DNA of 64,000 nt from an uncultured cyanobacterium (GTDB lineage: Bacteria > Cyanobacteriota > Cyanobacteriia > PCC-6307 > Cyanobiaceae), in contig CAVONQ010000018.1 of the NCBI GenBank assembly GCA_963697335.1, positions 224,001 to 288,000 on the forward strand, in the 5' to 3' direction. A model generated the notes under the pieces. The model did no database searches and was not told the origin of the DNA. It saw only the letters and a program-made list of their open reading frames with translations. Made by a program: the position numbers and the translations under genes. Positions 52,726 through 64,000 of this stretch are shown here, one piece after another. The stretch's first letter is position 1; the number at the start of each line of letters is the position of its first letter.

Positions 52726-53429
52726 GTTGCTCCCCCTTCGACCTGCTGCGCGAGAAGCGCGAGGAGCTTGGTCTTCCGGAACCGGCTCTGGCCGGCCAGG
52801 CCGATCGCCAGACCTTGCTCAAGGGTGCGGCGATCGGCACCGGCCTGATCGGGCTGCTGCTGGGCCTCACTGGGCTCACCATGCTGCGGGGCCTGTTCGT
52901 GCAGGCGGAGATCGTTCGGCTCGCCAGGCTGGAGGCCGAGGAGCAGCAACTCCAGGCCAGGCTCACCGCCAGCGCCCAAGGCCTCCAGACGCTGGAGCAG
53001 AACAACACGGCCCTGGTCAAGGGATTGATCGGAACCCGCTCCTCCTCAGCCCTGATGCGGGATCTGCAACAGCGGGTGCCGCAGGGGATTCAGCTCACCG
53101 ATGCCCTCCAGCAGGCCGACCAGCAGCAGATGCTGCTCAAGGGGCTGGCCAGTGATCCGGCAGCCTTTGGGCGGGTCAACGCCTTCCAGCTCGGCCTCAA
53201 GCGTTCGCCCCTGGTGGACGCCGCCAAGGGGGTGACCCTGGTCAAGGCCGCCCGTGACCGGGCCGACACCAACCGCAACAGGGTGTCTCCCGCCGTGGAG
53301 TTCGAACTGCGCTTCGCGTTCCGAGGGCCGATCCCTGCGGCTGCTGAAAAGGCCATCCTCGAGGAACTGGGCGCCGAGGGCCTCTCCCGCCGTCTCGACC
53401 TGCTCCAGAAGGAGGGATTGCTGCCATGA
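52722..53429 (+). CDS. PilN-like protein
   Basis: TM + coiled coil, then SSALMRDLQQRVPQGIQL, LKGLA, RVNAFQL.L..SP. Confidence 0.75.
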   Translation: MSCSPFDLLREKREELGLPEPALAGQADRQTLLKGAAIGTGLIGLLLGLTGLTMLRGLFVQAEIVRLARLEAEEQQLQARLTASAQGLQTLEQNNTALVKGLIGTRSSSALMRDLQQRVPQGIQLTDALQQADQQQMLLKGLASDPAAFGRVNAFQLGLKRSPLVDAAKGVTLVKAARDRADTNRNRVSPAVEFELRFAFRGPIPAAAEKAILEELGAEGLSRRLDLLQKEGLLP

Positions 53430-54169
53430 CCAATCTCCAGGCTGCGCGAGCCCCTCAGGATCAGCTCCTGCGCCAGCGCTTGCTGCTGGGTGTGCCGATC
53501 GGCCTGGGGGTGCTGATGGCCTCGGTGCTCACCGCTGGATTGCTGGTGCCCACGCTGTTGCGTCTGCGGTCCGATTCCCAGCGGCTCGCCGATCTGCAGG
53601 CCCTGGAGCAGCGGCTGCCGCTGCTGCGCCGTCAGCTCGACCAGACCACCCTGGACCAGGAGAAGGCTGAGCGGCAGCAGCGCAAGCTCCTGGCCCTGAT
53701 TCAGGGCAGCGGTGAGTTCCTCACGTTTCTGAGCCAGATCGAGCGCGAGGCCATCCGCAACGGCGTCCAGATCGAGCTCTACGAGCCGGTGGCGAGCCGG
53801 GCTGCGCCCACACCGGCTGGCCAGGCTGAAGGAGGGCAACCTGAGCCTGGACAGCAACAGCAGCCCCCGCCCTCAACCTCGCCGCTTGAGCAGGCTGGTC
53901 TGAAAGCTGAGCAGGTGTTGCTCAGCGCCCGGGGAAGCTATCCGCGGTTGCTGGGTTTTCTTCGGGCTGTGGAGAAGCTGAGCCTGCTGGCCATCCCCAG
54001 CAACTTCAGGATGGTTCTGGTGAATCCAGCCGCAGCTACGGGGGCAACCCAGCAGGGCCGGCCCCCGCTCGGAACGCCAGCGGTGCCCGAGCTCAAGCTG
54101 TTGCTCACTTACTACACCGTTCCCGAGGGTGGCTTGAAACCTCAGCCTGCTGCACCAGCAGGGGAGTAA
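53426..54169 (+). CDS. PilO-like protein
   Basis: TM + coiled coil, LSARGSYPRLLGFLRAVEKL. Confidence 0.7.
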   Translation: MTNLQAARAPQDQLLRQRLLLGVPIGLGVLMASVLTAGLLVPTLLRLRSDSQRLADLQALEQRLPLLRRQLDQTTLDQEKAERQQRKLLALIQGSGEFLTFLSQIEREAIRNGVQIELYEPVASRAAPTPAGQAEGGQPEPGQQQQPPPSTSPLEQAGLKAEQVLLSARGSYPRLLGFLRAVEKLSLLAIPSNFRMVLVNPAAATGATQQGRPPLGTPAVPELKLLLTYYTVPEGGLKPQPAAPAGE

Positions 54170-54409
54170 CATGCTGGGGCCATGAAGGTAGTTGAGACTG
54201 GTGGCGCCACCGACCCCATGGCAAAAGCCATGCATTCCGATGCGCCGGCGCTACAGACCAGCCCCCTTGATCGGGTGTTCAACGAGAGAGAGCCCTGGCC
54301 TGGCTCCGACAGGCTGGCCTGCGATGGATGGTCCCCGTTGATGTAGGGAAAGCGACGGGAATCGATCGCCACTGTGCGTAGGGTCAACTTCCTCTGAGCT
54401 GCCTTGGCG

Positions 54410-56896
54410 ATGGGCGCGCTGCGTGGTCTGCGGACTGGGCATCGAACGAGTGGGTTCTTGCCGCCCATCGCGATCACCGCTGCTGTGCTCTCGCCACTGC
54501 CGCTTGAGTCGCTGGCCCGTTCTGCGCCGAGAGTGCCATTGGCAGAAAGCCAGGTTGCGGGCGGGCAGGTGACCGGCGCGGTTCAGCTCAAGGTGCGCCG
54601 CCTGCCCGACAGCGTGGAACTGGTGATCGAGGGCACCGGCATCTCGCCCCAGTTGCAACAGAGTTCCGATGGCCCCGGCTGGCAGGGACGGCTGTTCACC
54701 GCTGAGCCCTCGGCGCTGATGGTGGGGCCCCAGCGCCTGTCGCTACCGGAGGTGGGTTTCCAGAGCATCAGCTTCGATGGCGGGGGCACCACGTTTGCGA
54801 TCAGCGTCACCCCCATGCCCGGGGTCAGCCTGGGCCGGCCCGTGGTGAGTGCCGATGGGCGCTCTTTAATCCTCTCCTTTCCCTCACCGGTGCCCCAGGC
54901 CTCGCTGCAGGTCAACAGCTTCAACCTGGCCCGCCCCGGCGCCGTGCCCCTGCCCACCTATGCGCCGCCGCTGCAGCCGAGGGCCGTGGCTCCTCCCTTG
55001 GGCGACATGGCCGTGGGCACCATGACCCTGCGCAATCCCGGCTTCGTGAATGTCTCCGGTCCACCGGTGACCATGACCCTCAAGAACGCGCCGGCCCGCG
55101 ATGCGCTGATGGCCTTGGCCAGCCTGGGGGGCTATGGCTTTGCCTATGTCGATGAGCCGCCCGCCGAAGCGGCGCCCGCTGGTGTATCGCTCAACCAGAA
55201 CAAGCGGCCCCTGTCGATTGCCTTCCGGGGCGAGACCTATGCCCGCGCCCTCAACACCACCCTGCTGGCGGCAGGCCTGCAGGGCAAGCTTGAGGGCAAC
55301 ATGATCCTGGCTGGTCCGAATGCCCTGTCGAAGGGCTTCGGAGCCCAGGTGTCGAAGGTGTATCGACTCAACCAGGTGGGCCCCAATGCCGCGGCGGATT
55401 ACCTGGCGAACCTGGGGGCCACGGTCACCAAGACCAACACCGTGACCACCTCGGTCACCCAGGGCGTCACCCAGGCCGAGGCGATCGCCTCGGCCCCCAA
55501 CGCCCAGACCACCCAGGCGAGTTCCATCACCACCGTGGAAGCCTTTGGGGCGACCACCGGCCCCCTGATCGGCCTGCGAGCCACCACCGACACCCGGCTC
55601 GGCACGATCACCATGGTGGGCGACCCATCAGTGGTGGCCATTGGTGAGCAGTACCTCAGACAGCTGGATCTCAGGCAACGGCAGGTTGCCTTGAATGTGC
55701 GGATTCTCGATGTCAATCTCGAGAATGATGCCTCGATTGACAACTCTTTTGCATTCCGATTCGGCAATAATTTCATTGTCAATGACAATGGCCAGCTGCT
55801 GGGGGCCTTCGGTCGTTTCCTCCCTCCTGGGGAAGCCGCGTTCACTCAGACCGAAACCCTCACCCGCAGCTCCTCCAACACGCTTACCGTCACGAGAGGA
55901 TTGAACAGGAACCTCGCCAACAGCCAGCTGAGGGAGCTCAATCGGGCGCTCTCCAGGGAAACCGGCTCGCGTCTGGTGGAGCAGGACGGGCAGTTCATCG
56001 TGGAGCCGATCAACGATTCCACCAACCTCAGCTCTGACTCTCTGCAGAGAAGTGTCAACAGGGTGCTCTCCCGCACGCTGGGGCGCAATGTGGAAACGTC
56101 CAATGCCTCTTCTTCGAATTTCACCGGTGCCAGGAGGGTGAACCCCGGCTCCAATTATCCTGCGGACACGTTCTTTGATTTTGTACGGGCCCAGATTGTT
56201 TCGGGGTCCACCAAGCTGCTGGCCAGTCCTACCCTGATCCTGCAGGAGAATCCTTCCTTGCTCAGGGATGGAAGCGAAACCTTCAGCGGCACGAATTCAA
56301 GCGATGTGCAGCAAGGCATTCGAGAATTTGGCGTGGATTCACCGATTGGCCGTCGCCGGGCCAATGAAGGTGTGGTGAGAGTAGGCACCAACGTGGTGAC
56401 CAGCTACGAGACGGAAACCCCCGCCCAGGGCGGCAATGTGGTGTGCACCCCGGAGCTGGCGACCGCAGGGCTGGTGCTGGGAGCACGGGTGGAGAAGATC
56501 GATGACAACGGCTTCATCACGTTTGTGTTGTCGCCGAGTGTCTCGGCAGTGACCCGCCAAGAGCCGGCCCCGCAGGGCTGCGGCTCAGACCTCAACATTC
56601 TCAGCATCCGAAGCCTGGATACTGGCGCCTTGCGGGTTCGTGACGGCCAGACACTCATCCTCACGGGTGTGATTTCAGACTTTGATCGCTCCGTGGTGAG
56701 CAAGTGGCCCATTCTGGGTGATATTCCTTTGATCGGTCAGTTCTTCCGAAGCTCCGGTAATCAAAAAGAAAAACGGGAGCTCGTGATTATGGTGACGCCA
56801 AGAATAATCAATGATGACATGGGTGGCAGCTTCGGTTACGGCTATCAGCCCGGCACCCGCCAGGGTCGTGAATTCCTCGGCCACGGAGGCTTTTAG
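54410..56896 (+). CDS. pilQ: Secretin (PilQ/GspD family)
   Basis: YLRQLDLRQRQVALNVRILDV, KLLASPTL, LRVRDGQTLILTGVI, KWPILGDIPLIGQFFR, RELVIMVTPRII. Confidence 0.88.
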   Translation: MGALRGLRTGHRTSGFLPPIAITAAVLSPLPLESLARSAPRVPLAESQVAGGQVTGAVQLKVRRLPDSVELVIEGTGISPQLQQSSDGPGWQGRLFTAEPSALMVGPQRLSLPEVGFQSISFDGGGTTFAISVTPMPGVSLGRPVVSADGRSLILSFPSPVPQASLQVNSFNLARPGAVPLPTYAPPLQPRAVAPPLGDMAVGTMTLRNPGFVNVSGPPVTMTLKNAPARDALMALASLGGYGFAYVDEPPAEAAPAGVSLNQNKRPLSIAFRGETYARALNTTLLAAGLQGKLEGNMILAGPNALSKGFGAQVSKVYRLNQVGPNAAADYLANLGATVTKTNTVTTSVTQGVTQAEAIASAPNAQTTQASSITTVEAFGATTGPLIGLRATTDTRLGTITMVGDPSVVAIGEQYLRQLDLRQRQVALNVRILDVNLENDASIDNSFAFRFGNNFIVNDNGQLLGAFGRFLPPGEAAFTQTETLTRSSSNTLTVTRGLNRNLANSQLRELNRALSRETGSRLVEQDGQFIVEPINDSTNLSSDSLQRSVNRVLSRTLGRNVETSNASSSNFTGARRVNPGSNYPADTFFDFVRAQIVSGSTKLLASPTLILQENPSLLRDGSETFSGTNSSDVQQGIREFGVDSPIGRRRANEGVVRVGTNVVTSYETETPAQGGNVVCTPELATAGLVLGARVEKIDDNGFITFVLSPSVSAVTRQEPAPQGCGSDLNILSIRSLDTGALRVRDGQTLILTGVISDFDRSVVSKWPILGDIPLIGQFFRSSGNQKEKRELVIMVTPRIINDDMGGSFGYGYQPGTRQGREFLGHGGF

Positions 56897-56997
56897 TGAC
56901 CTGCACAAAGTCCCGGTTGCCCGTGACCTGTGCGGAGCTCCGTGTGGTGCATTCCGTTCAGAGAGCGGCGCGCTCTCGCTTCTGACTTCCCCCTGCC

Positions 56998-57726
56998 ATG
57001 GCGCCATCCTCCTCGACGCAACCCTCCTCGACGCAACCCTCCACTAGTCCGCCGGATGTTGACGCTGCGACAGTGCTGTTTCTGGAGCAGGAGTTGGAGC
57101 GGGCCAAGGCGGAATTGGCGGAGTACCAGGTTCTGATGAATGAGGTTCCTTGCATCTATGAAGCCAAATATCGCCAGGAGTTGACTAGTCAATTGATGGA
57201 AATCCGTCGGCTCCTGGAGGAGCGCCGCAGCCTTCAGCAGCAGCTGTCCATGGCGCTGCAGTCCCGCCTCGAAAACCCTGCTCTGCCTGCGGGAGTGTCT
57301 GCGCCAGAGCCCGAGGCTGCGGCGGATCCTGTTCAGCCCAGGACCGATCGGCCCACTCCCAGGCGCCTCCGCCCTTGGCGTTTGCGGCGTTGGCGCCTCG
57401 GCCTGGCACGGCGCTTCGGCGCCCCGGCCCGCCGGCTTGCGCAACAGAGCGGGTTGCCGCTGCTGACCATCGGCACGGCGACTGCGGTAGCCCTGCTGCT
57501 GGTGGGCGCCGATGCCCTTGGGCCCAGGGGTCAGGACTCCCGGGGGTCAAGCCCACCTGAAGTTGGCCAAACGGAGGCCAGGACGGAGAGCCAGGGGCAG
57601 GCCAAGCTGGAATGCCCGTTGCCCGGCCAGTAAGGGCTGAGGGCCGCGGGTCCTTGCTGGGTGGAGGTACGGACAGCCAGCGGCAAGGTTGTTCCTGTGG
57701 AGCAGCTCAAGAAGGGCGAGCACTGA
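56998..57726 (+). pseudogene. Coiled-coil/TM protein whose DUF4115 (RodZ C-terminal)-like tail is cut off by an in-frame TAA at 57631-57633 (intact ORF 56998-57633)
   Basis: Reading through the stop gives GLRAAGPCWVEVRTASGKVV...LKKGE. Confidence 0.55.
57008..57042 (+). repeat. 15-bp tandem repeat CCTCCTCGACGCAAC x2.3
   Basis: Units at 57008-57022 and 57023-57037; encodes SSTQP repeats. Confidence 0.8.
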
Positions 57727-57755
57727 ACTCTGCCCCGTCCAGTCAGCGCGCTCCC

Positions 57756-57890
57756 TGCCAAGGGTTGCATGGGGGCCAGGCAGGCGAACAGCGCATTCTT
57801 CAAGAACTCCTCTCTGAATCGGCCGTGGAAGGATTTCACGCCATGGTTCTCCCAGGCAGAGCCTGGTTGGATGGAGGCCGTCGAGCGCTG
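57756..57890 (-). mobile_element. Degenerate IS3-family transposase fragment (integrase core C-terminus)
   Basis: Minus-strand translation STASIQPGSAWENHGVKSFHGRFREEFLKNALF resembles the IS3 consensus 'YI.PGSPWENG..ESFNGRFRDEFLN.ELF'. Confidence 0.75.
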
Positions 57891-57940
57891 AGGGCAAAGA
57901 AACCCCTGGCGTAGCGTCAGCCCATTCCAACCGGATTCCC

Positions 57941-59320
57941 TTGGCAGCGCAGCTCCCCCGTCGCATCTGCTGCATCGGCGCGGGCTACGTGGGCGGTCCC
58001 ACCATGGCCGTGATCGCCGATCGCTGCCCCCAGCTCGACGTGACCGTGGTGGACCTCAACGCCGAGCGCATCGCCCTCTGGAACCACGCTGACCTCAGCC
58101 AGCTGCCGGTCTATGAGCCCGGCCTCGACGCCGTGGTGGCCCGCTGCCGCGGCCGCAATCTGCACTTCAGCACCGCCGTGGAGGAGGCCATCGCCGCCGC
58201 CGACATGGTTTTCCTCTCCGTCAACACCCCCACCAAGACCAGGGGGCTGGGCGCCGGCCAGGCCAGTGATCTCAAGTGGATCGAGGCCAGTGCCCGTACG
58301 GTGGCCAAGGCGGCCCGTGGCCACACGATCGTGGTGGAGAAGAGCACCCTGCCGGTGCGCACCGCCGAGGCCGTCAAGGCGATCCTCGGCTGCGCCGAGC
58401 CCGGCCAGAGCTTCGCGGTGCTCTCCAACCCCGAATTCCTCGCCGAGGGCACGGCCGTGGCCGATCTCGAGGCCCCTGATCGGGTGCTGATCGGCGGTGA
58501 GGCCCCCGAGGCCATCGAGGCCCTCGCCGCCATCTACGCCCACTGGGTGCCCCAGGAGCGCATCCTGCGCACCAACATCTGGAGCAGCGAACTCGGCAAG
58601 CTCGCCGCCAATGCCTTCCTCGCCCAGCGGGTCAGCTCGATCAACAGCATCGCCGCCTTCTGCGAGGCCAGCGGCGCCGACGTGAACGAGGTGGCCCGGG
58701 CCATCGGCAGCGACAGCCGCATCGGAGCCAAGTTCCTCAAGGCCGGCCCGGGCTTCGGGGGGAGCTGCTTCCAGAAGGACATCCTCAACCTGGTGTACCT
58801 CTGCCGCCACTACGGCCTCGAGGAGGTGGCCGGCTACTGGGAGCAGGTGGTGAGCCTCAACACCTGGCAGCAGCACCGCATCGCCCGCCTGGTGGTGCAA
58901 CGCCTGTTCGGCACCGTGACGGGCAAGCGCCTGGTGCTGCTCGGCTTTGCCTTCAAGGCCGACACCAACGACACCCGCGCCTCACCCGCCATCCAGATCG
59001 CCCGCGACCTGATCGAGGAGGGTGCCCAACTGCAGATCCTCGATCCCAAGGTGAGCCCGGCCCAGATCGAGGCCGACCTCGGCCAGCCCCCCGGCGAGGG
59101 CGAGGCCAGCTGGGCCCCCTGTGCCTCCCTGGAGCAGGGTGCTGCCGGGGCCGACGCCCTGCTGCTGCTCACCGAATGGCAGCAGTTCAGCCAGATCAAC
59201 TGGGCGGCCACAGCCGCCCTGATGCGCCGGCCCGCCTGGCTGTTTGATGCCCGCGGCAGCGCCGATCAGCAGGCCGCCCGCGCCGCCGGGCTCAGCGTCT
59301 GGCGCGTGGGGGAGGGTTGA
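57941..59320 (+). CDS. ugd: UDP-glucose 6-dehydrogenase
   Basis: [46 protein letters not shown]. Confidence 0.95.
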   Translation: MAAQLPRRICCIGAGYVGGPTMAVIADRCPQLDVTVVDLNAERIALWNHADLSQLPVYEPGLDAVVARCRGRNLHFSTAVEEAIAAADMVFLSVNTPTKTRGLGAGQASDLKWIEASARTVAKAARGHTIVVEKSTLPVRTAEAVKAILGCAEPGQSFAVLSNPEFLAEGTAVADLEAPDRVLIGGEAPEAIEALAAIYAHWVPQERILRTNIWSSELGKLAANAFLAQRVSSINSIAAFCEASGADVNEVARAIGSDSRIGAKFLKAGPGFGGSCFQKDILNLVYLCRHYGLEEVAGYWEQVVSLNTWQQHRIARLVVQRLFGTVTGKRLVLLGFAFKADTNDTRASPAIQIARDLIEEGAQLQILDPKVSPAQIEADLGQPPGEGEASWAPCASLEQGAAGADALLLLTEWQQFSQINWAATAALMRRPAWLFDARGSADQQAARAAGLSVWRVGEG

Positions 59321-59324
59321 GTCG

Positions 59325-60275
<951 letters not shown>

Positions 60276-60279
<4 letters not shown>

Positions 60280-61355
60280 CCACGGCCGTACTGGTGACAG
60301 GAGCGGCTGGCTTCGTCGGCGAGGCGCTCTGCGAGCGCCTGCTGGCGCGGGGGGAGCAGGTGGTGGGCCTCGACAACCTGAATCCTTACTACGACCCCAG
60401 CCTGAAGCGGGCCCGCCTGGCGCGGCTTGAGCCGTTTGCCGCCTCGGGGGCCTGGCGCTTCGTGGCTGGGGCCATCGAGGACGCTGACCTTGTGAGCACC
60501 CTGTTCGAGCAGGAGCGCTTTGGCCGGGTGGTGCATCTGGCTGCCCAGGCCGGGGTGCGCTACTCGATCACCAACCCGGCGGCCTATATCGAGAGCAATA
60601 TGGTGGGTTTCTCCCGGGTGCTGGAGGCCTGCCGAGCCCAGCAGGTGACCCACCTGGTGTATGCCTCCAGCAGCTCGGTGTATGGCGGCAACACCCAGCT
60701 TCCCTTCACGGAATCCCAGCCGGTGAACCACCCGGTGAGCCTCTACGCCGCCACCAAGAAGGCCAATGAACTGATGGCCCACAGCTACAGCCATCTCTAC
60801 GGGCTGCCGGCCACGGGGCTGCGCCTGTTCACCGTGTACGGGCCCTGGGGACGGCCGGACATGGCGCCGATGCTGTTCGCCCGGGCGATCCTGGCCGGGG
60901 AGCCGATCCGGGTGTTCAACCACGGCGCCATGTGGCGCGACTTCACCTACATCGACGACATCGTGGAGGGGCTGGTGCGGTGCCTCGATCAACCCGCCAC
61001 GCCCGATCCGCAGTTCGATCCGGCCGCTCCCGATCCCGCCACCAGCTGGGCGCCGCACCGCCTGTTCAACCTGGGCAACAGTGAGCCGGTGGAGCTGCTG
61101 CGCTTCATCGGGGTGCTGGAGGCGGCGCTGGACCGCCGGGCCGTGCTCGATCTCCAGCCCATGCAGCCCGGCGACGTGCCGGCCACGGCGGCCGACACCT
61201 CCCGGTTGCAGGCCTGGGCGGGCTTCAGGCCTGCAACCAGCCTGGAGCAGGGAGTGGAGCGTTTCGCCCGCTGGTATCTGGATTATCACGGCTCCGGGCA
61301 GGCCCAGGACGCTGCAGTGCGGCTTCGCCAGGCAGACTCGGCTCCCTTCGCCTGA
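60276..61355 (+). CDS. NAD-dependent epimerase, UDP-glucuronate 4-epimerase type
   Basis: [60 protein letters not shown]. Confidence 0.9.
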
Positions 61356-61362
61356 ATCGGGA

Positions 61363-62646
61363 TTGGCTTCGCTGCAGAGCCTGCGCGGCATGGTGGATCT
61401 GCTGCCCGGGGCCACCGCCCTCTGGCAGCACGTGGAAGGTCGGGCCGCGGAGCACTTCCGCCGCGCCGCCATCCAGGAGATCCGCACGCCGCTGCTGGAG
61501 GTGACGGAGCTGTTCGCCCGCGGCATCGGTGAGGCCACCGACGTGGTGGGCAAGGAGATGTACTCCTTCGTGGATCGGGGCGAGCGCAGCTGCACCCTGC
61601 GGCCCGAGGGCACGGCGTCGGTGGTGCGGGCCGTGCTGCAGCACGGGCTGCTCAGCCAGGGGCCCCAGCGGCTCTGGTACGGCGGGCCGATGTTCCGCTA
61701 CGAGCGCCCCCAGGCCGGCCGCCAGCGCCAGTTCCATCAGATCGGCCTGGAGCTGCTCGGCTTTGCCGAGCCCCGCGCCGATGTGGAGGCCATCGCGGTG
61801 GCCTGGGATCTGCTGGCTGACCTGGGGGTGGGAGGTCTGGCGCTCGAACTCAACAGCCTGGGCAGCCCGGAAGACCGCGCCGGCTACCGCCAGCGGCTGG
61901 TGGCCTGGCTGGAGGAGCGCCGTTCCCAGCTCGACCCCGAGTCCCAGGCTCGCCTCCAGACCAACCCCCTGCGGGTGCTGGATTCCAAGCACCCCGACAC
62001 CCAGGCGCTGCTGGCCGACGCGCCCAGCCTGCTGGAGAGCCTCTGCGGGGCCAGCCGCGAGCGCTTCGAGGCGGTGCAGGCCGGCCTGGCGGCGCTGGCC
62101 ATCCCGGTGCAGCTCAATCCCCGCCTGGTGCGGGGCCTCGACTACTACAGCCACACGGCCTTCGAGATCACCAGCGATCAGCTCGGGGCCCAGGCCACCG
62201 TCTGCGGTGGCGGCCGCTACGACGGCCTGGTGCAACAGCTGGGCGGCCCGGCCACACCGGCCATCGGCTGGGCGATGGGGATGGAGCGGCTGGTGCTGCT
62301 GCTCAGCCGCTCCGCCGCCGCGGGCCTGCCCAGCCAGCCGCCGCCGGATCTCTATGTGGTGAGTCGCGGCGCTGAGGCCGAAGCCCAGGCCCTGCCGCTG
62401 GCGCGGCTCTGCCGCCGGGCCGGGCTGGTGGTGGAGATCGATCCCAGCGGAGCCGCCTTCGCCAAGCAGTTCAAGCGGGCGGATCGCTCCGGCGCCGCCT
62501 GGGCTGCGGTGATCGGTGAGGAGGAGGCCAGCGCCGGCGTGGTGCTGCTGCGCGAGCTACGCCACAGAACAGCGGAGGCCGCCCCTGGCGCCAGCGCCGA
62601 TCAGCGGCTCACTCCCGAGCAGCTCGCGGCACTGCTGGCCCGATGA
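61363..62646 (+). CDS. hisS: Histidyl-tRNA synthetase
   Basis: [57 protein letters not shown] start inferred. Confidence 0.97.
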   Translation: MASLQSLRGMVDLLPGATALWQHVEGRAAEHFRRAAIQEIRTPLLEVTELFARGIGEATDVVGKEMYSFVDRGERSCTLRPEGTASVVRAVLQHGLLSQGPQRLWYGGPMFRYERPQAGRQRQFHQIGLELLGFAEPRADVEAIAVAWDLLADLGVGGLALELNSLGSPEDRAGYRQRLVAWLEERRSQLDPESQARLQTNPLRVLDSKHPDTQALLADAPSLLESLCGASRERFEAVQAGLAALAIPVQLNPRLVRGLDYYSHTAFEITSDQLGAQATVCGGGRYDGLVQQLGGPATPAIGWAMGMERLVLLLSRSAAAGLPSQPPPDLYVVSRGAEAEAQALPLARLCRRAGLVVEIDPSGAAFAKQFKRADRSGAAWAAVIGEEEASAGVVLLRELRHRTAEAAPGASADQRLTPEQLAALLAR

Positions 62647-62738
62647 CGACTGAGGACGTGTCCACTCCAGGCGGTCAGTGACCACGTCCTGGCAGTTGAC
62701 TGCCGCCAACCACGACTGGACTGTGACCGCCGGCCTAG

Positions 62739-63569
62739 ATGGGTGACTCGACCCTCGCGATCATTGCCGGTGCCGGCGTGCTTCCCAGGATGCTCTCGCA
62801 GGCCCTGAGAGCTTCTGGGCGGCCTCACCTGGTCTGCCGCCCCCATGGCCTGGAGGTGGAGCTGGAGGACGCTGAGGAGTTCTACTTCGAGCGCTCGATC
62901 TCCTTCTTCCGCTCGCTCGAGAAGCGCGGCATCCGCCAGGTGGTGATGGTGGGCAAGTTCCACCGGCCCCGGGCCCTCAACATCATGCGGTTCGAGGGCT
63001 CCACCCTGATGGCGGCGCCGCGCATCCTGGCCTCGCTGCGCAAGGGCGACGACGCCTCCCTGCGTTCCCTGGCGGAGATCATCGAGGAGCTCGGGCTGGA
63101 GGTGGTGGGGGTGGAGGACGTGGCCCCCAATCTGTTGCCTGAGCCCGGCGTCTATGCCAGCCGCCTGCCCACGGAGATGGATCGGGCCGATGTGGAGCGC
63201 GCCGCCCAGATCGTGGAGGCGATTTCGATGGTGGATGTGGGCCAGGGCGCCGTGGTGGCGGGGGGCCTCTGCCTGGCCACCGAAGCCCTGCCGGGCACCG
63301 ACGCCATGCTCGAGTGGGTGGCCAGCAGCCGGGCGCTGCCGCCGGAGGCGCCCCGTTCCGGTGTGCTCTACAAGGCCCCCAAGCTGCAGCAGGACCGCCG
63401 CATGGACCTGCCAGCCATCGGCCCCACCACGGTGGCGAAGGCGGCGGCGGCCGGGCTCTCCGGCATCGCCTGGGAGGCCCGCGGCGCCCTGCTGCTCGAT
63501 GCCGAGCGCACCATGGCCGATGCCGAGCGTCTGGGGCTGTTCCTGTGGTCGCGCCAGCAGATCCGCTGA
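62739..63569 (+). CDS. lpxI: LpxI-family UDP-2,3-diacylglucosamine pyrophosphatase (DUF1009)
   Basis: LAIIAGAG.LP, GDD..LR, DVGQG.VV, EA..GTDAML, K.PK..QDRR.DLPAIGP.T. Confidence 0.82.
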   Translation: MGDSTLAIIAGAGVLPRMLSQALRASGRPHLVCRPHGLEVELEDAEEFYFERSISFFRSLEKRGIRQVVMVGKFHRPRALNIMRFEGSTLMAAPRILASLRKGDDASLRSLAEIIEELGLEVVGVEDVAPNLLPEPGVYASRLPTEMDRADVERAAQIVEAISMVDVGQGAVVAGGLCLATEALPGTDAMLEWVASSRALPPEAPRSGVLYKAPKLQQDRRMDLPAIGPTTVAKAAAAGLSGIAWEARGALLLDAERTMADAERLGLFLWSRQQIR

Positions 63570-63610
63570 GGCGTTGAGGCCCTCCCAGCCCCGGGCCGGC
63601 CCACCCTGTG

Positions 63611-64000
63611 TCAGGCCGCGCCGGCCCGCTCCAGCACCCCCTTGCTGCTGGGGATGGCGCCGGCGCGGCGCGGGTCGATCTCCGTGGCCAGCCGCAGCGC
63701 CCGGGCGAAGGCCTTGAAGCAGGCTTCCACGATGTGGTGCGAGTTGGAGCCCGCCAGCTGGCGGATGTGCAGGGTGAGGCCGGAGTTGTTCACCACCGCC
63801 ACGAAGAACTCCTTCACCAGTTCGGTGTCGTAGCTGCCGATCCGCTGGGCCGGGATCTCCAGGCCATAGCTGAGGTGGGGCCGGCCGGAGCAGTCGAGGG
63901 CCACCTGCACCAGGGCCTCGTCGAGGGGCGCCACGAAGTGGCCGAAGCGCTGGATGCCGCGCCGGTCCCCCAGGGCCTGGGCCAGGGCCTGGCCCACGGC
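63611..64000 (-). CDS. hisB: Imidazoleglycerol-phosphate dehydratase, C-terminal part; truncated by window end
   Basis: [40 protein letters not shown]. Confidence 0.96.
   Translation of the reverse strand, partial: AVGQALAQALGDRRGIQRFGHFVAPLDEALVQVALDCSGRPHLSYGLEIPAQRIGSYDTELVKEFFVAVVNNSGLTLHIRQLAGSNSHHIVEACFKAFARALRLATEIDPRRAGAIPSSKGVLERAGAA

Noticed and set aside
54170..54409. Missing pilP gene or small ORF between pilO and pilQ
   Set aside because: No credible ORF; cyanobacterial pilMNOQ operons generally lack pilP
62650..62656. CTGAGGA matching the hammerhead ribozyme CUGANGA core
   Set aside because: No GAAA element or three-way junction in the required arrangement

Overview
High-GC picocyanobacterial chromosome segment (Cyanobium/Synechococcus-like, inferred from gene content and order). 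The core backbone runs gcvP(3' end), flv1/flv3, SWIM/SNF2, alaS, speA, ndk, thiO, gatB, coaE, argJ, aarF, eno, gloA, clpB-like, secE, nusG, rplK-rplA-rplJ-rplL, rnhA, pyrD, pilMNOQ-like, ugd, uxs, UDP-glucuronate epimerase, hisS, lpxI-like and hisB(3' end). The most notable feature is a set of accessory genes interleaved in the alaS-gatB backbone (about 11-30 kb): two tandem FecR-like protein + CHASE2 adenylate cyclase pairs, a third FecR paralogue, a cNMP-binding MscS channel, a cNMP-binding 4Fe-4S membrane protein, DUF3307, SIMPL and an unknown exported protein. Together they look like a periplasm-to-cAMP signalling circuit (inference). Also seen: an in-frame MpaB/DUF2236 oxygenase-CoaE fusion, a Yfr2-like sRNA, an L10 leader, a lower-GC GSCFA islet after argJ, a mosaic secretin, an IS3 remnant beside a decayed DUF4115-like gene, and two single-base frameshifts (alaS, uxs) that may be assembly errors. 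No tRNA, rRNA or CRISPR array was seen. All family calls come from motif recognition by eye, not from database searches.
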